Assembly: GCA_025061115.1 (NCBI GenBank)
Contig: JANZKC010000002.1
Span: 256,001 to 320,000 of the forward strand
Length of the DNA stretch: 64,000 bases
Direction: 5' to 3'
Source: Candidatus Culexmicrobium cathedralense
Lineage (GTDB): Archaea > Thermoproteota > Methanomethylicia > Culexarchaeales > Culexmicrobiaceae
Part shown: one piece after another, positions 18,435 to 30,584 of the stretch
Numbering within the stretch: the stretch's first letter is position 1
Layout of the letters: each line of letters begins with the position of its first letter
The notes under the pieces: generated by a model
What the model was told of the DNA's origin: nothing
The model's database searches: none
The model's input: the letters and a program-made list of their open reading frames with translations, nothing else
Made by a program: the position numbers and the translations under genes

Positions 18435-18783
18435 ATTGCGAATGTAGCGAAGACCACAGTAGCTACATAAAGTATAATGGCACCTTACCCCATTCTAAGG
18501 CTATATTTTCTAATCTTTAGTTTATTAAGACTATGGATTGAATTGTTCTCACCGATATTGTCATGATCAACTTTGAAATACAGCTTATTTTCCAGTACTT
18601 ATAGAAGGACCTACAGGCTGATTTACCGCATAATTAGTGACCATCATTAATGCCAACAACACATATGGATATAAACATCGCTAAAACTCAAATTTGCAAC
18701 ATAAAAATAAACTATAACCTATTGAAAAAATGAAAGATTATTCTAAACAGTGAAAAACTTAAATTTTGAAGTGAGCTCAAAAG

Positions 18784-18811
18784 GTGTTACTAAAGAAAAA
18801 TTTAATAATAC
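18784..18811. promoter_or_regulatory. NikR-like operator upstream of the fmdE-like gene
   Basis: GTGTTA-N16-TAATAC. Confidence 0.5.
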
Positions 18812-18831
18812 TTTACGAAGACATAGTCACC

Positions 18832-19545
18832 ATGATGCAGGGTAAAGAGAAGGTAGGTTCGCTCAGAAAGGAAATTGAGAGATTAATTGAAGAGGGAGAT
18901 CTTAAGGGACTACTTTATAAGGCCGGAGAATTGCACGGGCATCTTTGTCCATACCTCGCTTACGGCGTAATGGCAGGCTATATAGCGGTACGCGAGTTAA
19001 AAATACGGAGTACAGGCATGGAGGAAGTAATAGCAATTGTCGAGACAAATAATTGCTTTTGCGACGGCATTCAAATAGTGACTGGATGCACGTTTGGCAA
19101 CAGCGCTCTAATATTTAGGGATTTAGGCAAAACAGCCGTAACTCTAGCGAAGAGGGATGGTTCGGCAATAAGGATTGCCCTTGATCCCGATTTTGTGGAG
19201 TCAGTTAGGGAGAGATATTCTGAAGCATATAAGCTATGGGATAAAATTGTGGTTAAAAGGGAGAAAGCAACAGAAGAGGAACAAAGGAGATTAATGGAAC
19301 TCTTCGCAGAAATTGCCATTAACGAATTAGATCAACCTCCTGAAAAAATATTCAGAATTAAGCGCATGAAAATCAAGGTTCCTGAATACGCTCCAATTTA
19401 CGCATCAGTGAGATGCTCAATCTGCGGAGAGAAAGTCATGGAGACCAAAGCGAGAGTGAAGAATGGTAAACCCGTATGCATTGACTGTGCAAAAGGAGAA
19501 TATTACATTGTAGATGGAAGAGGTGTTTCAATGATTAGAGAATAA
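18832..19545 (+). CDS. FmdE-family protein with C-terminal Zn finger
   Basis: LHGHLCP, ETNNCFCDGIQIVTGCTFGN and CSICGE...CIDC. ATG 18832 preferred as start. Confidence 0.88.
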   Translation: MMQGKEKVGSLRKEIERLIEEGDLKGLLYKAGELHGHLCPYLAYGVMAGYIAVRELKIRSTGMEEVIAIVETNNCFCDGIQIVTGCTFGNSALIFRDLGKTAVTLAKRDGSAIRIALDPDFVESVRERYSEAYKLWDKIVVKREKATEEEQRRLMELFAEIAINELDQPPEKIFRIKRMKIKVPEYAPIYASVRCSICGEKVMETKARVKNGKPVCIDCAKGEYYIVDGRGVSMIRE

Positions 19546-19575
19546 GATGAATTCTGCCATGGAGTTGAATCCAAC

Positions 19576-20130
19576 TTGAAAGAACCATACTTTTCATCTA
19601 AAGATCTAGCTCTAATGTCCATCTTCGGGTGCCTATCATCCCTAAGTACTTTAACAACCGCTTTCATACCTGCCCCACTACCAGGACTATATGCATTAAT
19701 ATCGATACCAGTAGGCACAATTCTCGTGTTGACAGCTAGAACGGTTATTGGCAAAATTGGCGCAGCAACCTTAACCCAATTCATTAGCGGACTCATATCA
19801 ACATTCTTGCCTGGAGGCCCGCCGGTAAAGTGGATTATTGTTCCAGCATGGGCTGTAGGAGGAATAGTCATTGATACCTACTTCCAAATACTCAGTTACA
19901 CGAGAAAATCAAGATCATTCTACGCAATCATCGGATCAATCTACATTGTGCCTGGCGATTTCATTATTTACTGGGCTTTCAGCACATTTCTAGGTTGGAC
20001 ATGGCCAATACTCTTCTTCCTCTACGGATTTGTTGCCATACACGCCATCCTAGGAGGATTAACTGGCTTCTTCCTACCTGACATACTTGAAAGAATAAAA
20101 CCAGAGATCAAGAGAATAAGCAATGAATAG
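19576..20130 (+). CDS. ECF-type S-component-like membrane protein
   Basis: 184 aa with about 5-6 TM segments, an N-terminal FSSKDLALMSIF and KIGAATL. Confidence 0.6.
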   Translation: MKEPYFSSKDLALMSIFGCLSSLSTLTTAFIPAPLPGLYALISIPVGTILVLTARTVIGKIGAATLTQFISGLISTFLPGGPPVKWIIVPAWAVGGIVIDTYFQILSYTRKSRSFYAIIGSIYIVPGDFIIYWAFSTFLGWTWPILFFLYGFVAIHAILGGLTGFFLPDILERIKPEIKRISNE

Positions 20131-20345
20131 AAGCGCTCTCCCCTACACAGGAAGCTTAAAACAATACTGATAACGCTAATCCAACACGTATTATGCAGAG
20201 TTTACGAGTTACTACTCCTATACTCGGAGCAAATTGCACATTATTATGAATTACATAGGAGCTGCCAAAACGCATAGACATGTACAGCTAAATCTTGATG
20301 CAGCATGCAAAGCACTAAATAAGGCTTAATATTAAGATACAAAAT

Positions 20346-20948
20346 ATGGAAGGTGTGGTCCTAAAACTAGCAAGGCAGAGGAAGTCTATTAGGCATTACA
20401 TGGATAGGAACTTCAGCATTTCCAAGATCCTATATGCAATTAAAGCTGCCATGCAGGCACCTTCAGGCGCAAATCAACAGCCATGGTACTTCATAATAAT
20501 AGATGATCCAGAAATTAAGGCTAATATCAGAACGGCATGCGAAAAAGGAGAAAAGAAGTTTTATGAAAATGTTAGGGGAGAATTAAGGGATTGGCTAATG
20601 GAAAGGAAAATGAGCTGGAGAAAACCCTTCCTAACCGAAGCACCATACATCATAGCAGTTTTCTCAGAGCTAGGTAAACCCTACACAGTGCAAAGCACAT
20701 GGTTAGCGATAGGATATCTGCTACTGGCATTAGAAGAAGTTGGTTTAGCTTCCTTGACATACACTCCGCCAAATCCTAAAGAGGTTGCAAAGATATTAGG
20801 GGCATCCAGCAAATTTATACTACAAACACTAATACCTGTAGGATTTCCGCGAACTGATAAGCTGAAGGAACCTAGGAAAAAATTGCATGAAACAACGTTC
20901 TATAATCAATGGGGAACACCTCTTAGCAGTATGGAGAAAAGCGAATAG
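20346..20948 (+). CDS. Nitroreductase family flavoprotein (iodotyrosine deiodinase-like)
   Basis: RKSIRHY, APSGANQQPW, FLTEAP and LTYTP. Confidence 0.85.
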   Translation: MEGVVLKLARQRKSIRHYMDRNFSISKILYAIKAAMQAPSGANQQPWYFIIIDDPEIKANIRTACEKGEKKFYENVRGELRDWLMERKMSWRKPFLTEAPYIIAVFSELGKPYTVQSTWLAIGYLLLALEEVGLASLTYTPPNPKEVAKILGASSKFILQTLIPVGFPRTDKLKEPRKKLHETTFYNQWGTPLSSMEKSE

Positions 20949-21048
20949 CATTAAACCCATTCACTATTTCCTTTAAATTTTACCTATCCCACTTAATCTT
21001 GAGGATTATAGTGAACTATGAGGAAAGCCAATTAGACCTAATCAATCA

Positions 21049-24000
21049 TTACGATGCCAGATCTTCTAGCAGCCCCTCGATTTCTTGATACTTCTTCTCA
21101 AGTTCTTTTAAAATGCCGTCTGGCGCTCTCCAATATCCCCTTGCATTAGCTTCTAAAAGTCTTCTAACTATCTTTTGTAATGCCCATGGATTTTCCTTTT
21201 TGATTATATTCGATATATCTCTGTTAAGTACAATTTTCTTTGCAACATTGGTCCACATCCAGTTTTCAACATGCCCCACAGTTGCAGCTAGTCCCAGTAG
21301 ATACTCCACCCTATCTGCAATCTTAGTGGCGCCACAATGTCCATGCTCCAACATTCCTTCAATCCACTTGGGATTTAGAAGACGTGTAACTACACCTCTT
21401 TTTATTGCTTCATCAACTCCCTCAACTTTAATTCTCTCCCTAGAGGTATCTGCTACTAGAACCATTGGCTTCACACCCCTAACGTTTTCCACGCTCTTCG
21501 ACAATCCTCCCAGAAACTCATAGTAGTGGTCTAAGTCCGTAATTTCATATTCAATAGTATCCCTAATCTGGGCCACTAAATCAACTTTTGATAAAAGAGT
21601 GTTGAAGACTTCATGGGCCTCGCAGCCTCTAACATCTTCGCCGTATGCATATCGCATGCTTTCTAAGTATGCATTCACAAGCTCTGACTCGCTATTCCAC
21701 ACACCGCTTTCAACTAAATTTGTTAGGGAAGTAGCGTACTCACCTTCAGGCGGGCCGAATATTCTAAGTATGGATTCCTCTCCAAGCTTATCTTTCTCTG
21801 ATAAAACATTCGCCTTAACATAATTCCATGTAGGAGGCTCATCCAGGCTCGCGACGAGTTTAAATGCCTTGTCCAGCAGCTCAACAATATTGTAAAAGGT
21901 ATCCCTAAATATTCCGCATATAGTTACTAGTACATCTATTCGTGGTCTTCTTAACTCTTCCAGGGGGATCACTTCCAAATCGCGAATATAAATCGACTTC
22001 CAAACAGGCTTAACACCTAGCAACCTGAATATGACGGCGATTGTTTCGCCGCCAGTTTTCATTGTTTCAAAGCCCCAGAGCACAACGCTCACAGTCCTAG
22101 GGTATCTTCCATGCTTTTCGTAATACCTTCTAACATACTCTTCTGCTATCCTTGCACCTCTCTCCATAGCTAAATCAGTGGGTATGTTGGTTGGGTCAAG
22201 CTGGTAGATATTGCGCCCTGTTGGAAAAACTTCCGGAGATCTTACGGGATCTCCTCCCGGGCCCGGATCGACATACTCTCCATTAAGCGCTCGGAGAACG
22301 CCCTCAATTTCACTTGAAGCCATCAAATTTTCCTTCACGCACCTAAGGTAGCTTAGAGAGGCGGACAGCTCACCTAAATTGATGCCCTTAATCTTAATTT
22401 TATTCAAAACATCCAGTAAATTCCTGTTCTCCACTACATGTAATTTTACAATCTCCTTAGCTACCCTCTCTATTTCCTCCAAAGCCTCAGAGTACCTTGC
22501 CCCATTATTTGCAATCTTTGAAGGTTTTTCCAGTAGATCATCATACTTTAAGCCCATAGACTCAGCAATAATGCGGTGAAGACTCTTGATCTTCCCTCTA
22601 TCATATCTCGCAATAAAGGTAAGATAATCTGCCAACTCATCATTAGATGGAAGAGCTCCTAGGATGTGAAGCCCCTTAGGAACAAGAGACCACTTATACT
22701 CGTAAATTCTGTCATGGATCTCATCTATGTTCTTTCCAAGCCCATGCTCGCTAGCTAAATCCACTATCTTCTTCAATAGCTCAGACGCTCTTTCCCTATC
22801 GTACTGCAATGCATCATAGTACTGACTTATGAGGCGCTCTAATTCCATAATGAAATCATGTGCACCGCCGACCATTAGAGTGGGACTCCTATGACCTACA
22901 ATAACTGCATAGCTCCTATGCTTTGCAATAGCAGCTTCAGAGGAATTTACAACATGATAAATGTAAATGTTGGGCAAGTAACTTACCAGGACATCTGGAA
23001 AGCAACTGCCCGAAAGACCTGCATCCTTACCCGGCAGGAACTCCAATGTTCCATGAGTCCCAAAATGCACTATTGCATCTGCCCTGAATTCCTTCTCCAA
23101 CCACTTGTAAAACGCTATATATTGATGATGAGGCGGCAAATCCCGCTTATGGTAAATTTTGGAGGGATCTTCATGCACTCCTCTTGAAGGCTGCACACCT
23201 ATAAACACATTACCTACCACTATTCCAGGAATCAATAATGAGTCATGATAGACCATTATATTTCCTGGGGGAGCCCCCCACCTCTCAATCACCCTCCTTT
23301 GCAGTTCCTCGGGAAGCTCTGCAAACCAATCCAAGTACTCATGCAAACTTACTTTGGGCATCTTGACAATGACATCTGCAGTGAGCACCCACTCCCCAGA
23401 ATTCACAGCTCCACTTCTTAAGAGCAGTTCCTTCAATTCTCTTCCATCAGGCACTCTGTCGATCAGATATCCTCTCTCCCTCATTTGAAAAAGAAGACGA
23501 GAAATACTTGCAAATACATCTAGGTAAGCAACTTTCCCCAAGTTTTCCTCTCCAGGCGGATAATCGTATATTATTATGGCAATCCTCTTCTTGCTGCTCG
23601 GCTTAAGCCGAAGATTCACCCAACCCAAAACTCTTCTTGCAAGTTTCCTAATTCTATCATTAATTGCAACGTATTCCTCTAGCCTCACACCCTCCTTTTC
23701 ATAGCGCTTTAAGCCATGAGTAACATGAGGCTCTATTCTGCCATCAAGCTCAGGCAGTATTACCGTAGTTACCATCTCTACTGGAGGAACACCAGCTCTC
23801 GACCTTTCCCACTCCTCCACCGTTATCGATGAAAGATGTATTCCATGAAGGATTGGGACATTCAGCTTTCTTAGAATTTCAAGCGCAACATCATGATTCC
23901 CTCCAACAGGCCCACCAGCAAACCTAAACCACAGCAGGTCAACCATGGCTTGAATGATGGGCTTGCCATTCTTCAAAAAGAACTTTTCGATGGCAAGATA

Positions 24001-24819
24001 ATACCTAAGGTCAGAACAGAATACTGGAACAACTCCAAGCCCAAGTTTTTCAAGCTCATTAGCGAGGGCCTTTGCTGCTGGAAGAGATTGATCATAATGG
24101 TGTCCACCATAAAACAGTATCCCTACAAGCGGTCTACCGCCATGCTCATAAGATTCTAAGTATTCATCCACGGACTTGAAAATCCTTCCAGATTTTAGGT
24201 CCTGCACGCCCATGCTAGGCATTACTTTCGGCTCGGGAATCTCCACTTTAAGCTTCAATTTCCCATATTCCTTAATCAGCAGTAATAGCATGGCAAAGTA
24301 ATTCTCCTCCGACGGATTTTCATGGCATTTAAGCACAAATGCATAGTTTCTAGCATGCCTAAAAATTCCAAGAGGAATTTTAGAGCCCAATTTCTCGAAT
24401 TTCTCCCTCATATCAACTATTTTGCCATAATCAATAGGCTTTTTCCTAAATAACCACCGAAGTACCGGCTTCTCCCGTAAAGCTGTAAATTTAGCTAATG
24501 AAAAGCTCCCCATCCTAGTTAGATTTATGAGATCATGTGAGCCGCCTATGAGCGTAACAACAGTCTTCTCATAATCATCCTTTAGAGCGTCAACGATAAG
24601 CTTACTAACAGTGTCTCCGCCTCGCACGTCGATCAACACAATATCAGCTTTATTCAAAGCGGCAACGAACTCGCCCGCGGAAATTCTACCTCTATCAACA
24701 TCATATGCATTGTAGAAAGTAAATTCAAGAGCATTATTAGTAACTTGATTCACCTTTTCAATTGCACGCAGCAGGGAGGGGCGATACTGGTAACCTATCA
24801 TTAAGACCTTTACCACCAA
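21049..24819 (-). CDS. CobN/ChlH-family chelatase large subunit
   Basis: [44 protein letters not shown] and [12 protein letters not shown]. Likely TTG start at 24819 after GGTGA. Confidence 0.92.
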   Translation of the reverse strand: MVVKVLMIGYQYRPSLLRAIEKVNQVTNNALEFTFYNAYDVDRGRISAGEFVAALNKADIVLIDVRGGDTVSKLIVDALKDDYEKTVVTLIGGSHDLINLTRMGSFSLAKFTALREKPVLRWLFRKKPIDYGKIVDMREKFEKLGSKIPLGIFRHARNYAFVLKCHENPSEENYFAMLLLLIKEYGKLKLKVEIPEPKVMPSMGVQDLKSGRIFKSVDEYLESYEHGGRPLVGILFYGGHHYDQSLPAAKALANELEKLGLGVVPVFCSDLRYYLAIEKFFLKNGKPIIQAMVDLLWFRFAGGPVGGNHDVALEILRKLNVPILHGIHLSSITVEEWERSRAGVPPVEMVTTVILPELDGRIEPHVTHGLKRYEKEGVRLEEYVAINDRIRKLARRVLGWVNLRLKPSSKKRIAIIIYDYPPGEENLGKVAYLDVFASISRLLFQMRERGYLIDRVPDGRELKELLLRSGAVNSGEWVLTADVIVKMPKVSLHEYLDWFAELPEELQRRVIERWGAPPGNIMVYHDSLLIPGIVVGNVFIGVQPSRGVHEDPSKIYHKRDLPPHHQYIAFYKWLEKEFRADAIVHFGTHGTLEFLPGKDAGLSGSCFPDVLVSYLPNIYIYHVVNSSEAAIAKHRSYAVIVGHRSPTLMVGGAHDFIMELERLISQYYDALQYDRERASELLKKIVDLASEHGLGKNIDEIHDRIYEYKWSLVPKGLHILGALPSNDELADYLTFIARYDRGKIKSLHRIIAESMGLKYDDLLEKPSKIANNGARYSEALEEIERVAKEIVKLHVVENRNLLDVLNKIKIKGINLGELSASLSYLRCVKENLMASSEIEGVLRALNGEYVDPGPGGDPVRSPEVFPTGRNIYQLDPTNIPTDLAMERGARIAEEYVRRYYEKHGRYPRTVSVVLWGFETMKTGGETIAVIFRLLGVKPVWKSIYIRDLEVIPLEELRRPRIDVLVTICGIFRDTFYNIVELLDKAFKLVASLDEPPTWNYVKANVLSEKDKLGEESILRIFGPPEGEYATSLTNLVESGVWNSESELVNAYLESMRYAYGEDVRGCEAHEVFNTLLSKVDLVAQIRDTIEYEITDLDHYYEFLGGLSKSVENVRGVKPMVLVADTSRERIKVEGVDEAIKRGVVTRLLNPKWIEGMLEHGHCGATKIADRVEYLLGLAATVGHVENWMWTNVAKKIVLNRDISNIIKKENPWALQKIVRRLLEANARGYWRAPDGILKELEKKYQEIEGLLEDLAS

Positions 24820-24849
24820 GATCACCGCGCCCTCAGCAAATAAAAATAA

Positions 24850-24877
24850 GTAACACTTATAAAACAATTTTTGTTAC
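24850..24877. promoter_or_regulatory. NikR-like perfect palindrome between the divergent chelatase genes
   Basis: GTAACA-N16-TGTTAC overlapping the TATA-like TTATAAAA. Confidence 0.6.
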
Positions 24878-24911
24878 CATACCAATTGCGGATAACTGCA
24901 GGGGATTTGAA

Positions 24912-26909
24912 ATGCCACATCACGTGAAGCGATATACCTTTCCATTCACCGCAATTGTCGGTCAAGAAAAAATGAAAAGAGCACTAATTCTCAACGCCAT
25001 AAATCCTAGAATAGGGGGAGTTTTGATAAAGGGGCAAAAGGGAACAGCAAAATCCACTGCAGTCAGAGCACTCGCAGAGCTTCTACCTGAAATTTACGTA
25101 GTAAAAAATTGTCCATTCAACTGCAATCCCTTCGACCCAACCGAGATGTGCGATATCTGCTATGACAAGTATGAAAAAGGGGAGAAGCTCCCTTCAATTA
25201 AAAGGAAAGTCAAGATAGTTAACCTACCTCTAAATGCAACCGTAGATCGAGTAGTCGGCACCATCGACATAAAAAGAGCAATTAAGGAGGGAATAAAGGC
25301 ACTTGAACCTGGACTCCTAGCAGATGCCAATCGAGGAATCCTATACATAGATGAGGTTAACTTGCTGGACGACTATGTAGCAGATGTCCTCCTAGATGCA
25401 GCTGCAAGCGGAGTAAATCTAGTAGAGCGAGAAGGCATTTCAGTAGCTCACCCAGCTAAATTTATTCTCATAGGAACCATGAACCCGGAAGAGGGAGAAC
25501 TGCGACCACAGCTCCTTGATAGGTTCGGCCTTCAAGTAGAAGTTGAGGAAATAAGAGACCCAAAGCAAAGAGCTGAAATAGTGAGAAGAGTTGAGGAGTT
25601 TGAAAGTGATCCAATAAGCTTCATAAAAAGGTACGAGAATAAGCAGAGTGAGTTAAGAAGAAGGATTGAAAGAGCGCGTGAACTAATAAAGAGCGTAGAG
25701 ATAAGCGATGAACTCCTCCTATCCATCGGAAAAATATGCACGAAACTCAACGTAGCAAGCCATAGAGCCGAAATCACCATAGCAAGAACAGCGAAAACCA
25801 TTGCAGCATTTGATGCCAGAACCAAAGTTCATGAAGATGACATAATTGAAGCACTAGAATACGCGCTTCCACACAGGCTTAGGAAAAAACCATTTGAAAA
25901 ACCGCAGTTGCGGCAAGAGGACCTCAAAAAGCTAGTAGAAGATATCTTCGGAAAGCAAGGAAAGCCCTGCACGAATTCCAATAAAGAAAATGTAAAATTT
26001 TCCAATCAATCCGAAAAATTTCAAAGCAAGGAGAATTACGCTAGATTCGATGTTGGCGAAGTCGACCCCATGAACTTGCCATTAAGCATATTTGAAAGAA
26101 AACCCTTCCGCACGTGGAGATCAGGTAAAAGAGTTAAGTTAAAAGGTAAAGGGAAAAGAGGCATGTACATTAGCTACACAATCCCAAAAAATAGAGCAGC
26201 TGAGGACGTAGCAATAGATGCAACGATAAGAGCAGCAGCCCTCCAAAGTCATAAAAGGCGAAAACCCCATGCGGGCATAGCTATAGTTGTGGAAGATGAA
26301 GATATAAGGGAAAAGGTGAGGCATCAAAAACAACAATCGCTAATCACTATAGTTGTGGATGCAAGCGGCTCAATGGCAGCTCAACGGAGAATGGAGGCAG
26401 CAAAAGGCGCAGTAATGGCTATCCTTAAGGACGCCTACATACACAGAGATAAAGTTTGCTTCATAGCATTCCACGGATTAGATGCAGAAATCTTACTACC
26501 CCCAACTGACAACCTGGAATTAGCAGCTGAACTACTAAAAGAACTACCAACAGGCGGCAGAACTCCACTATCAGCAGGACTTGCAAAAGCCATAAAGATA
26601 ATCGAATTAGAAAAGAGGAGGAATCAATGTAAGCCGGTAGTAATCATAATAACAGACGGAAAAGCCAACGTACCCCTAAATAATCACTCGAACATTAACT
26701 ACGAAATAGCGCTCCTCGCAAGAAAATTAAGGAAACTCGATGCAACAACTATAGTCATAGACACATTGCCTGAACATATGAAAATGTCTGGAATCCCAAG
26801 ATGTATAAATGAAATTGTAAGCAATGCTGCAGCCCAATTAATAAAGTTGCCCGAACCCTCCGAAAAAACGCTTTACAACATCATAATTGAAGCATCCAGG
26901 AATGCTTAG
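24912..26909 (+). CDS. ChlI/ChlD-type AAA+ ATPase with vWA domain (chelatase ATPase subunit)
   Basis: [40 protein letters not shown], and MIDAS motif DASGSM...TDG. Confidence 0.92.
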   Translation: MPHHVKRYTFPFTAIVGQEKMKRALILNAINPRIGGVLIKGQKGTAKSTAVRALAELLPEIYVVKNCPFNCNPFDPTEMCDICYDKYEKGEKLPSIKRKVKIVNLPLNATVDRVVGTIDIKRAIKEGIKALEPGLLADANRGILYIDEVNLLDDYVADVLLDAAASGVNLVEREGISVAHPAKFILIGTMNPEEGELRPQLLDRFGLQVEVEEIRDPKQRAEIVRRVEEFESDPISFIKRYENKQSELRRRIERARELIKSVEISDELLLSIGKICTKLNVASHRAEITIARTAKTIAAFDARTKVHEDDIIEALEYALPHRLRKKPFEKPQLRQEDLKKLVEDIFGKQGKPCTNSNKENVKFSNQSEKFQSKENYARFDVGEVDPMNLPLSIFERKPFRTWRSGKRVKLKGKGKRGMYISYTIPKNRAAEDVAIDATIRAAALQSHKRRKPHAGIAIVVEDEDIREKVRHQKQQSLITIVVDASGSMAAQRRMEAAKGAVMAILKDAYIHRDKVCFIAFHGLDAEILLPPTDNLELAAELLKELPTGGRTPLSAGLAKAIKIIELEKRRNQCKPVVIIITDGKANVPLNNHSNINYEIALLARKLRKLDATTIVIDTLPEHMKMSGIPRCINEIVSNAAAQLIKLPEPSEKTLYNIIIEASRNA

Positions 26910-26984
26910 AGGAGAAACCAAAGTCGAGGAAAGTTCTAATAGTTATAAGGTCAACCCAAAATTCAACCCAGCGATAAATAGCTA

Positions 26985-27284
26985 CTAACCATGAGGAACT
27001 ATGTTGAAGACAAGCCCAGATATTAAGCTCACCATCATAGTCACGAAGACAAATAGCGATATAAGAAGTAATTTGTGATCCCTATTCATGAAGGAAACCA
27101 AGGAAATTGCTAAAACCCTCGTATAGGGAGTTGCTATCAGAATACCTACCCCAAAGAAAGCCAGTATAATGGCTAAGCTCTTCAAGTTCAGTAAAGTACT
27201 CAATATCAAACTAGATATTAATAAGATTTCACTTAAGATCATCCCTATAAAAAGCACCCAGTATGCAACTCTATTCACATCCAC
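26985..27284 (-). CDS. Small membrane protein (DUF1634-like, TSUP partner)
   Basis: GILIATPYTRV motif, adjacent to a TauE/SafE gene. Confidence 0.7.
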   Translation of the reverse strand: MDVNRVAYWVLFIGMILSEILLISSLILSTLLNLKSLAIILAFFGVGILIATPYTRVLAISLVSFMNRDHKLLLISLFVFVTMMVSLISGLVFNIVPHG

Positions 27285-27297
27285 CGCTCAACCACCC

Positions 27298-28311
27298 CTA
27301 GGGCAACTGAATGCCAAATATCAAGTATAGGCCTTTACGCAGCATTGCATATGCCAGGTAAAACGTTAAAATCGAAAATGTAGCTTTAAGCCATTTGACC
27401 TTTAATTTATTCATAACCCTTGTTCCTACGGTAGCACCTAGAGCAGTTCCAACTGCTATAGGCGCTACCACATCTAGCCTTATAGCTCCATGAATGTAGT
27501 ATACAACTGCGCTCGTTGCAGCGGTAACACCTATCATGAACTTGCTTGTCGCAATTGCAACTTTAACTGGAACATTCATCAAAATATTCATAGCTGAAAC
27601 TTTCAGGAAACCACCACCAATACCCAGCATGCCAGAACCCACTCCAGCTAGGAAAGACGCTAGCCAGCCCAACTTAGACCCACTAACAACATACTCCACA
27701 TTGACGTTCTCCCCCTCATCAAAATAATTCCCAGAAAGGTTCAGTTGCCTAGAAACAAAGTCAGGTTCAATTTGCTTGAAGCCCTGAGCACTCATCTTCC
27801 TCAACTCACCTTTCACAGAGTAAAGCTGCGAAAAGCCCATGTACAAAGCAAATGCAGAGAAGATTATGAAGAGATATTTTCCAGGCATGATTAAGGCTAG
27901 AAGTGCACCAATTAATGCACCTAGAGTAGTCGAGGTTTCAAGAAACATTGCAAGCCTGATATTGGTTATTCTTTGATCCACATAGGCAGATCCTCCTGAA
28001 ATGCTAGTTGCGACAACCGAAACTATACTAATCGCTATTGCCTCATGTATGGGCAAATTAAATACCGTTGAAAGAGTTGGAACAATTATCACTCCACCAC
28101 CAATACCCATAATAGCTCCAATAAAGCCAGCAAAGGTAGCAAAAGCTAGCAGCTCCAAATTCAAAATTGGATTAACAACATACTTCCCTTCATACGCTTC
28201 CCCAAGATAGGCAATTTCATTGTAAAATAAGACAATCAGCAAAATACTTATCAATGCAAAGACGCCAATCAATGCGATCTTCTTGCGCTCCACAGTTTCT
28301 AGTAAATCCAT
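27298..28311 (-). CDS. TauE/SafE (TSUP) family permease
   Basis: Duplicated GIGGG motifs and AIATSKFMIGVTAA. Confidence 0.88.
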   Translation of the reverse strand: MDLLETVERKKIALIGVFALISILLIVLFYNEIAYLGEAYEGKYVVNPILNLELLAFATFAGFIGAIMGIGGGVIIVPTLSTVFNLPIHEAIAISIVSVVATSISGGSAYVDQRITNIRLAMFLETSTTLGALIGALLALIMPGKYLFIIFSAFALYMGFSQLYSVKGELRKMSAQGFKQIEPDFVSRQLNLSGNYFDEGENVNVEYVVSGSKLGWLASFLAGVGSGMLGIGGGFLKVSAMNILMNVPVKVAIATSKFMIGVTAATSAVVYYIHGAIRLDVVAPIAVGTALGATVGTRVMNKLKVKWLKATFSILTFYLAYAMLRKGLYLIFGIQLP

Positions 28312-28496
28312 TGCAAAGCACCCACAAGTTCAATTTACCTTGCTACATCGCACATGAACCCATCTTCAGCGCCAAAGTCTAAATACATTGATCATCTTTT
28401 AAACCTTGCCTACCATAAAATAACCAACATAACAATATGCCGAAGCAACTTTGAAATTAACGTATTTTCATAATAACTTAACGCATTAAAAGTAAA

Positions 28497-29039
28497 ATGG
28501 AGCGCAATGCCTTGGCGGAAAGAGTAGCTGTTGCAACCGTAGAAGCCTTCAAAGAGGAAAGAGCAGGCATAGAGCTCATGGACTGCATTTTCCCCTATGA
28601 CCCCCAGGTTAGCTTTGAAACCACCAAATACCCTGGAGTTATAATTTTACGCTCACGCTTAAGCCCATTTGAGATTATTAGCATTTTAAGAAAATGCTTC
28701 GTCAGCTTAACTCATAAAGTTGTTCCCATCCAGAAGTGGGCTAAAGCCTCAATTGAAGAAATTGTCGAAGCATGTATCGAGATAGCAAAAATCAGCATCC
28801 CAAAAAATTCAACATTTAAAGTTGAGTGCGGCAAAAGAGGGAGGATTATAAAATCTCGCTCTGCAATTGAGCGAGCGGTTGGCAGGAAAATCATCGAGGA
28901 AATTGGATGCAAAGTTTCTATGGAAAATCCAGAATACATAGTTGCAATAGAAGTCATTGGAAAAATTGCAGGGGTATGCATTGCCCCAAAAAGCATGATA
29001 TGGAGAAGGGAAAATCACTTTCGGTTACCTCTTTACTAA
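28497..29039 (+). CDS. THUMP-domain RNA-binding protein
   Basis: TFKVECGKRG and VSMENPEYIVAIEVIG. Confidence 0.8.
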   Translation: MERNALAERVAVATVEAFKEERAGIELMDCIFPYDPQVSFETTKYPGVIILRSRLSPFEIISILRKCFVSLTHKVVPIQKWAKASIEEIVEACIEIAKISIPKNSTFKVECGKRGRIIKSRSAIERAVGRKIIEEIGCKVSMENPEYIVAIEVIGKIAGVCIAPKSMIWRRENHFRLPLY

Positions 29040-29104
29040 AAATATGTTTGAATTCAAGAAATGTTTAAATTATTTCATATAATTAGAGTAGAATGGTGAA
29101 ATAA

Positions 29105-30325
29105 TTGTCTGAAGTAATTGAAAGAGCGCTCGCCAAGCCATCAATATTCAAGGATGAAAGCAAGCTTTCAATAGACTACGTCCCAGAAAATTTACCCCAT
29201 AGAGAAGATGAACTTGAAACTCTTACAAGCTACTTTAGATTTATGATTGAAAAGCCTGGAGGTTTATGTCAAAAAGTTTTAATAGTTGGACCCGTTGGAA
29301 CCGGAAAAACGGCAACATCAAAGCTTTTTGGAAAAGTTTTTTCAAATCTCGCTGAAAAGAAAGGAGTAAAATTGAAGTACTTTCACGTAAATTGCCATAA
29401 AGACAGGACGCTCTACATGGTTTTAAAGCGCGTAATTAAGGGGCTCATGCCCAACTTCCCTGAAAGAGGACTCTCAGCTCAAGAGATGCTTCAAGCCATT
29501 TGGGATTATCTTGAAAGCGAAGATTCCTATGCCCTATTAACTCTAGATGAATTAGATTACTTCATTAGAACTGCTGGCGAAACAGCCCTATATGATTTAA
29601 TTAGAATGTCCGATGAGCTCTTAAATCTACCTCAGCGCTTTAGCTTCATATTTATTGCTAGGAGCCAAGTCTTCCTTCCAGCTCTTGATAAAAGCACGAG
29701 AAGCACACTTATGCACAACATAATTAGATTCAAACCCTATACCGCCAGCCAGCTGAAGGACATCCTAAAAGCGAGGGTTGAAGAAGCCTTTTTCGAGGGC
29801 GCCATTAGTGATGAAATCATATCTATAATAGCTGACATAGCATCCGAAACAGGAGATGCTAGGTACGCCCTTGAGTTGCTATGGAGAGCAGCTAAGTACG
29901 CTGAAGTAGAGGAGAGCAGAAGAGTAAAGCTTGAGCATGTAAGAAAAGCAGCTTCAGACATGCATCCATTCATGAGAGTTGAAGTTCTAGAAAACTTACT
30001 CCTTCACGAAAAGATTCTGCTACTAGCCATCGCTAGGACTTTAAAAACGGCAGATACAGCTTACGTCACCATGGGAGAGATCGAAGAGACATACAAGCTA
30101 ATATGCGAGGAACTAAATGAAAGGCCCAGAAAGCACACCCAACTATGGGAATACGTTCAAAACCTGAAAAATTTAGGGCTAATCAAAGCGAATGTAACCA
30201 ATGTCAAGCGTAAAGGCAGAAGCACCAAAATAGGCTTGGTTGAAGTCCCCATTGAAACTATTGAAAAAGAAGTATTAGCTCTAATTTGGAGGGAAAAAAG
30301 TGGAAGAGCAAAGCAGCATACTTGA
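29105..30325 (+). CDS. cdc6: Cdc6/Orc1 replication initiator
   Basis: YVPENLPHRE, GPVGTGKT, LDELD, GDARYAL and a C-terminal wHTH. Confidence 0.95.
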   Translation: MSEVIERALAKPSIFKDESKLSIDYVPENLPHREDELETLTSYFRFMIEKPGGLCQKVLIVGPVGTGKTATSKLFGKVFSNLAEKKGVKLKYFHVNCHKDRTLYMVLKRVIKGLMPNFPERGLSAQEMLQAIWDYLESEDSYALLTLDELDYFIRTAGETALYDLIRMSDELLNLPQRFSFIFIARSQVFLPALDKSTRSTLMHNIIRFKPYTASQLKDILKARVEEAFFEGAISDEIISIIADIASETGDARYALELLWRAAKYAEVEESRRVKLEHVRKAASDMHPFMRVEVLENLLLHEKILLLAIARTLKTADTAYVTMGEIEETYKLICEELNERPRKHTQLWEYVQNLKNLGLIKANVTNVKRKGRSTKIGLVEVPIETIEKEVLALIWREKSGRAKQHT

Positions 30326-30572
30326 AGAAGTATTCTCCTCCAGAGGAAGAGTAAAAGTGCTTCGAGTCCTAGTGAAGTTTAAAGAGCTAAATATATCTGA
30401 AGTAGCTAGAAAAGCTAACTTAAGCCACACAGCAGTTGAAAGACACCTAGAAAAGCTTAAGCAACTTAAATTAGTTACGGAGAAAAAATTTGGAAGGATA
30501 CGCATATTTAGGTTTAATAGCAAAAACCCCATTGCAGAAGCAATAAAAGATTTATTTGAAAAATTTGGTTAA
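30300..30572 (+). CDS. Small winged-HTH (ArsR-like) protein
   Basis: LNISEVARKANLSHTAVERHLEKL..L.LV.EK.FGR. Confidence 0.85.
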   Translation: MEEQSSILEEVFSSRGRVKVLRVLVKFKELNISEVARKANLSHTAVERHLEKLKQLKLVTEKKFGRIRIFRFNSKNPIAEAIKDLFEKFG

Positions 30573-30584
30573 GTGGAGATCATC

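Noticed and set aside
28312-29104. Replication origin next to cdc6
   Set aside because: No ORB-like repeats were seen and the intergenic gaps are short.
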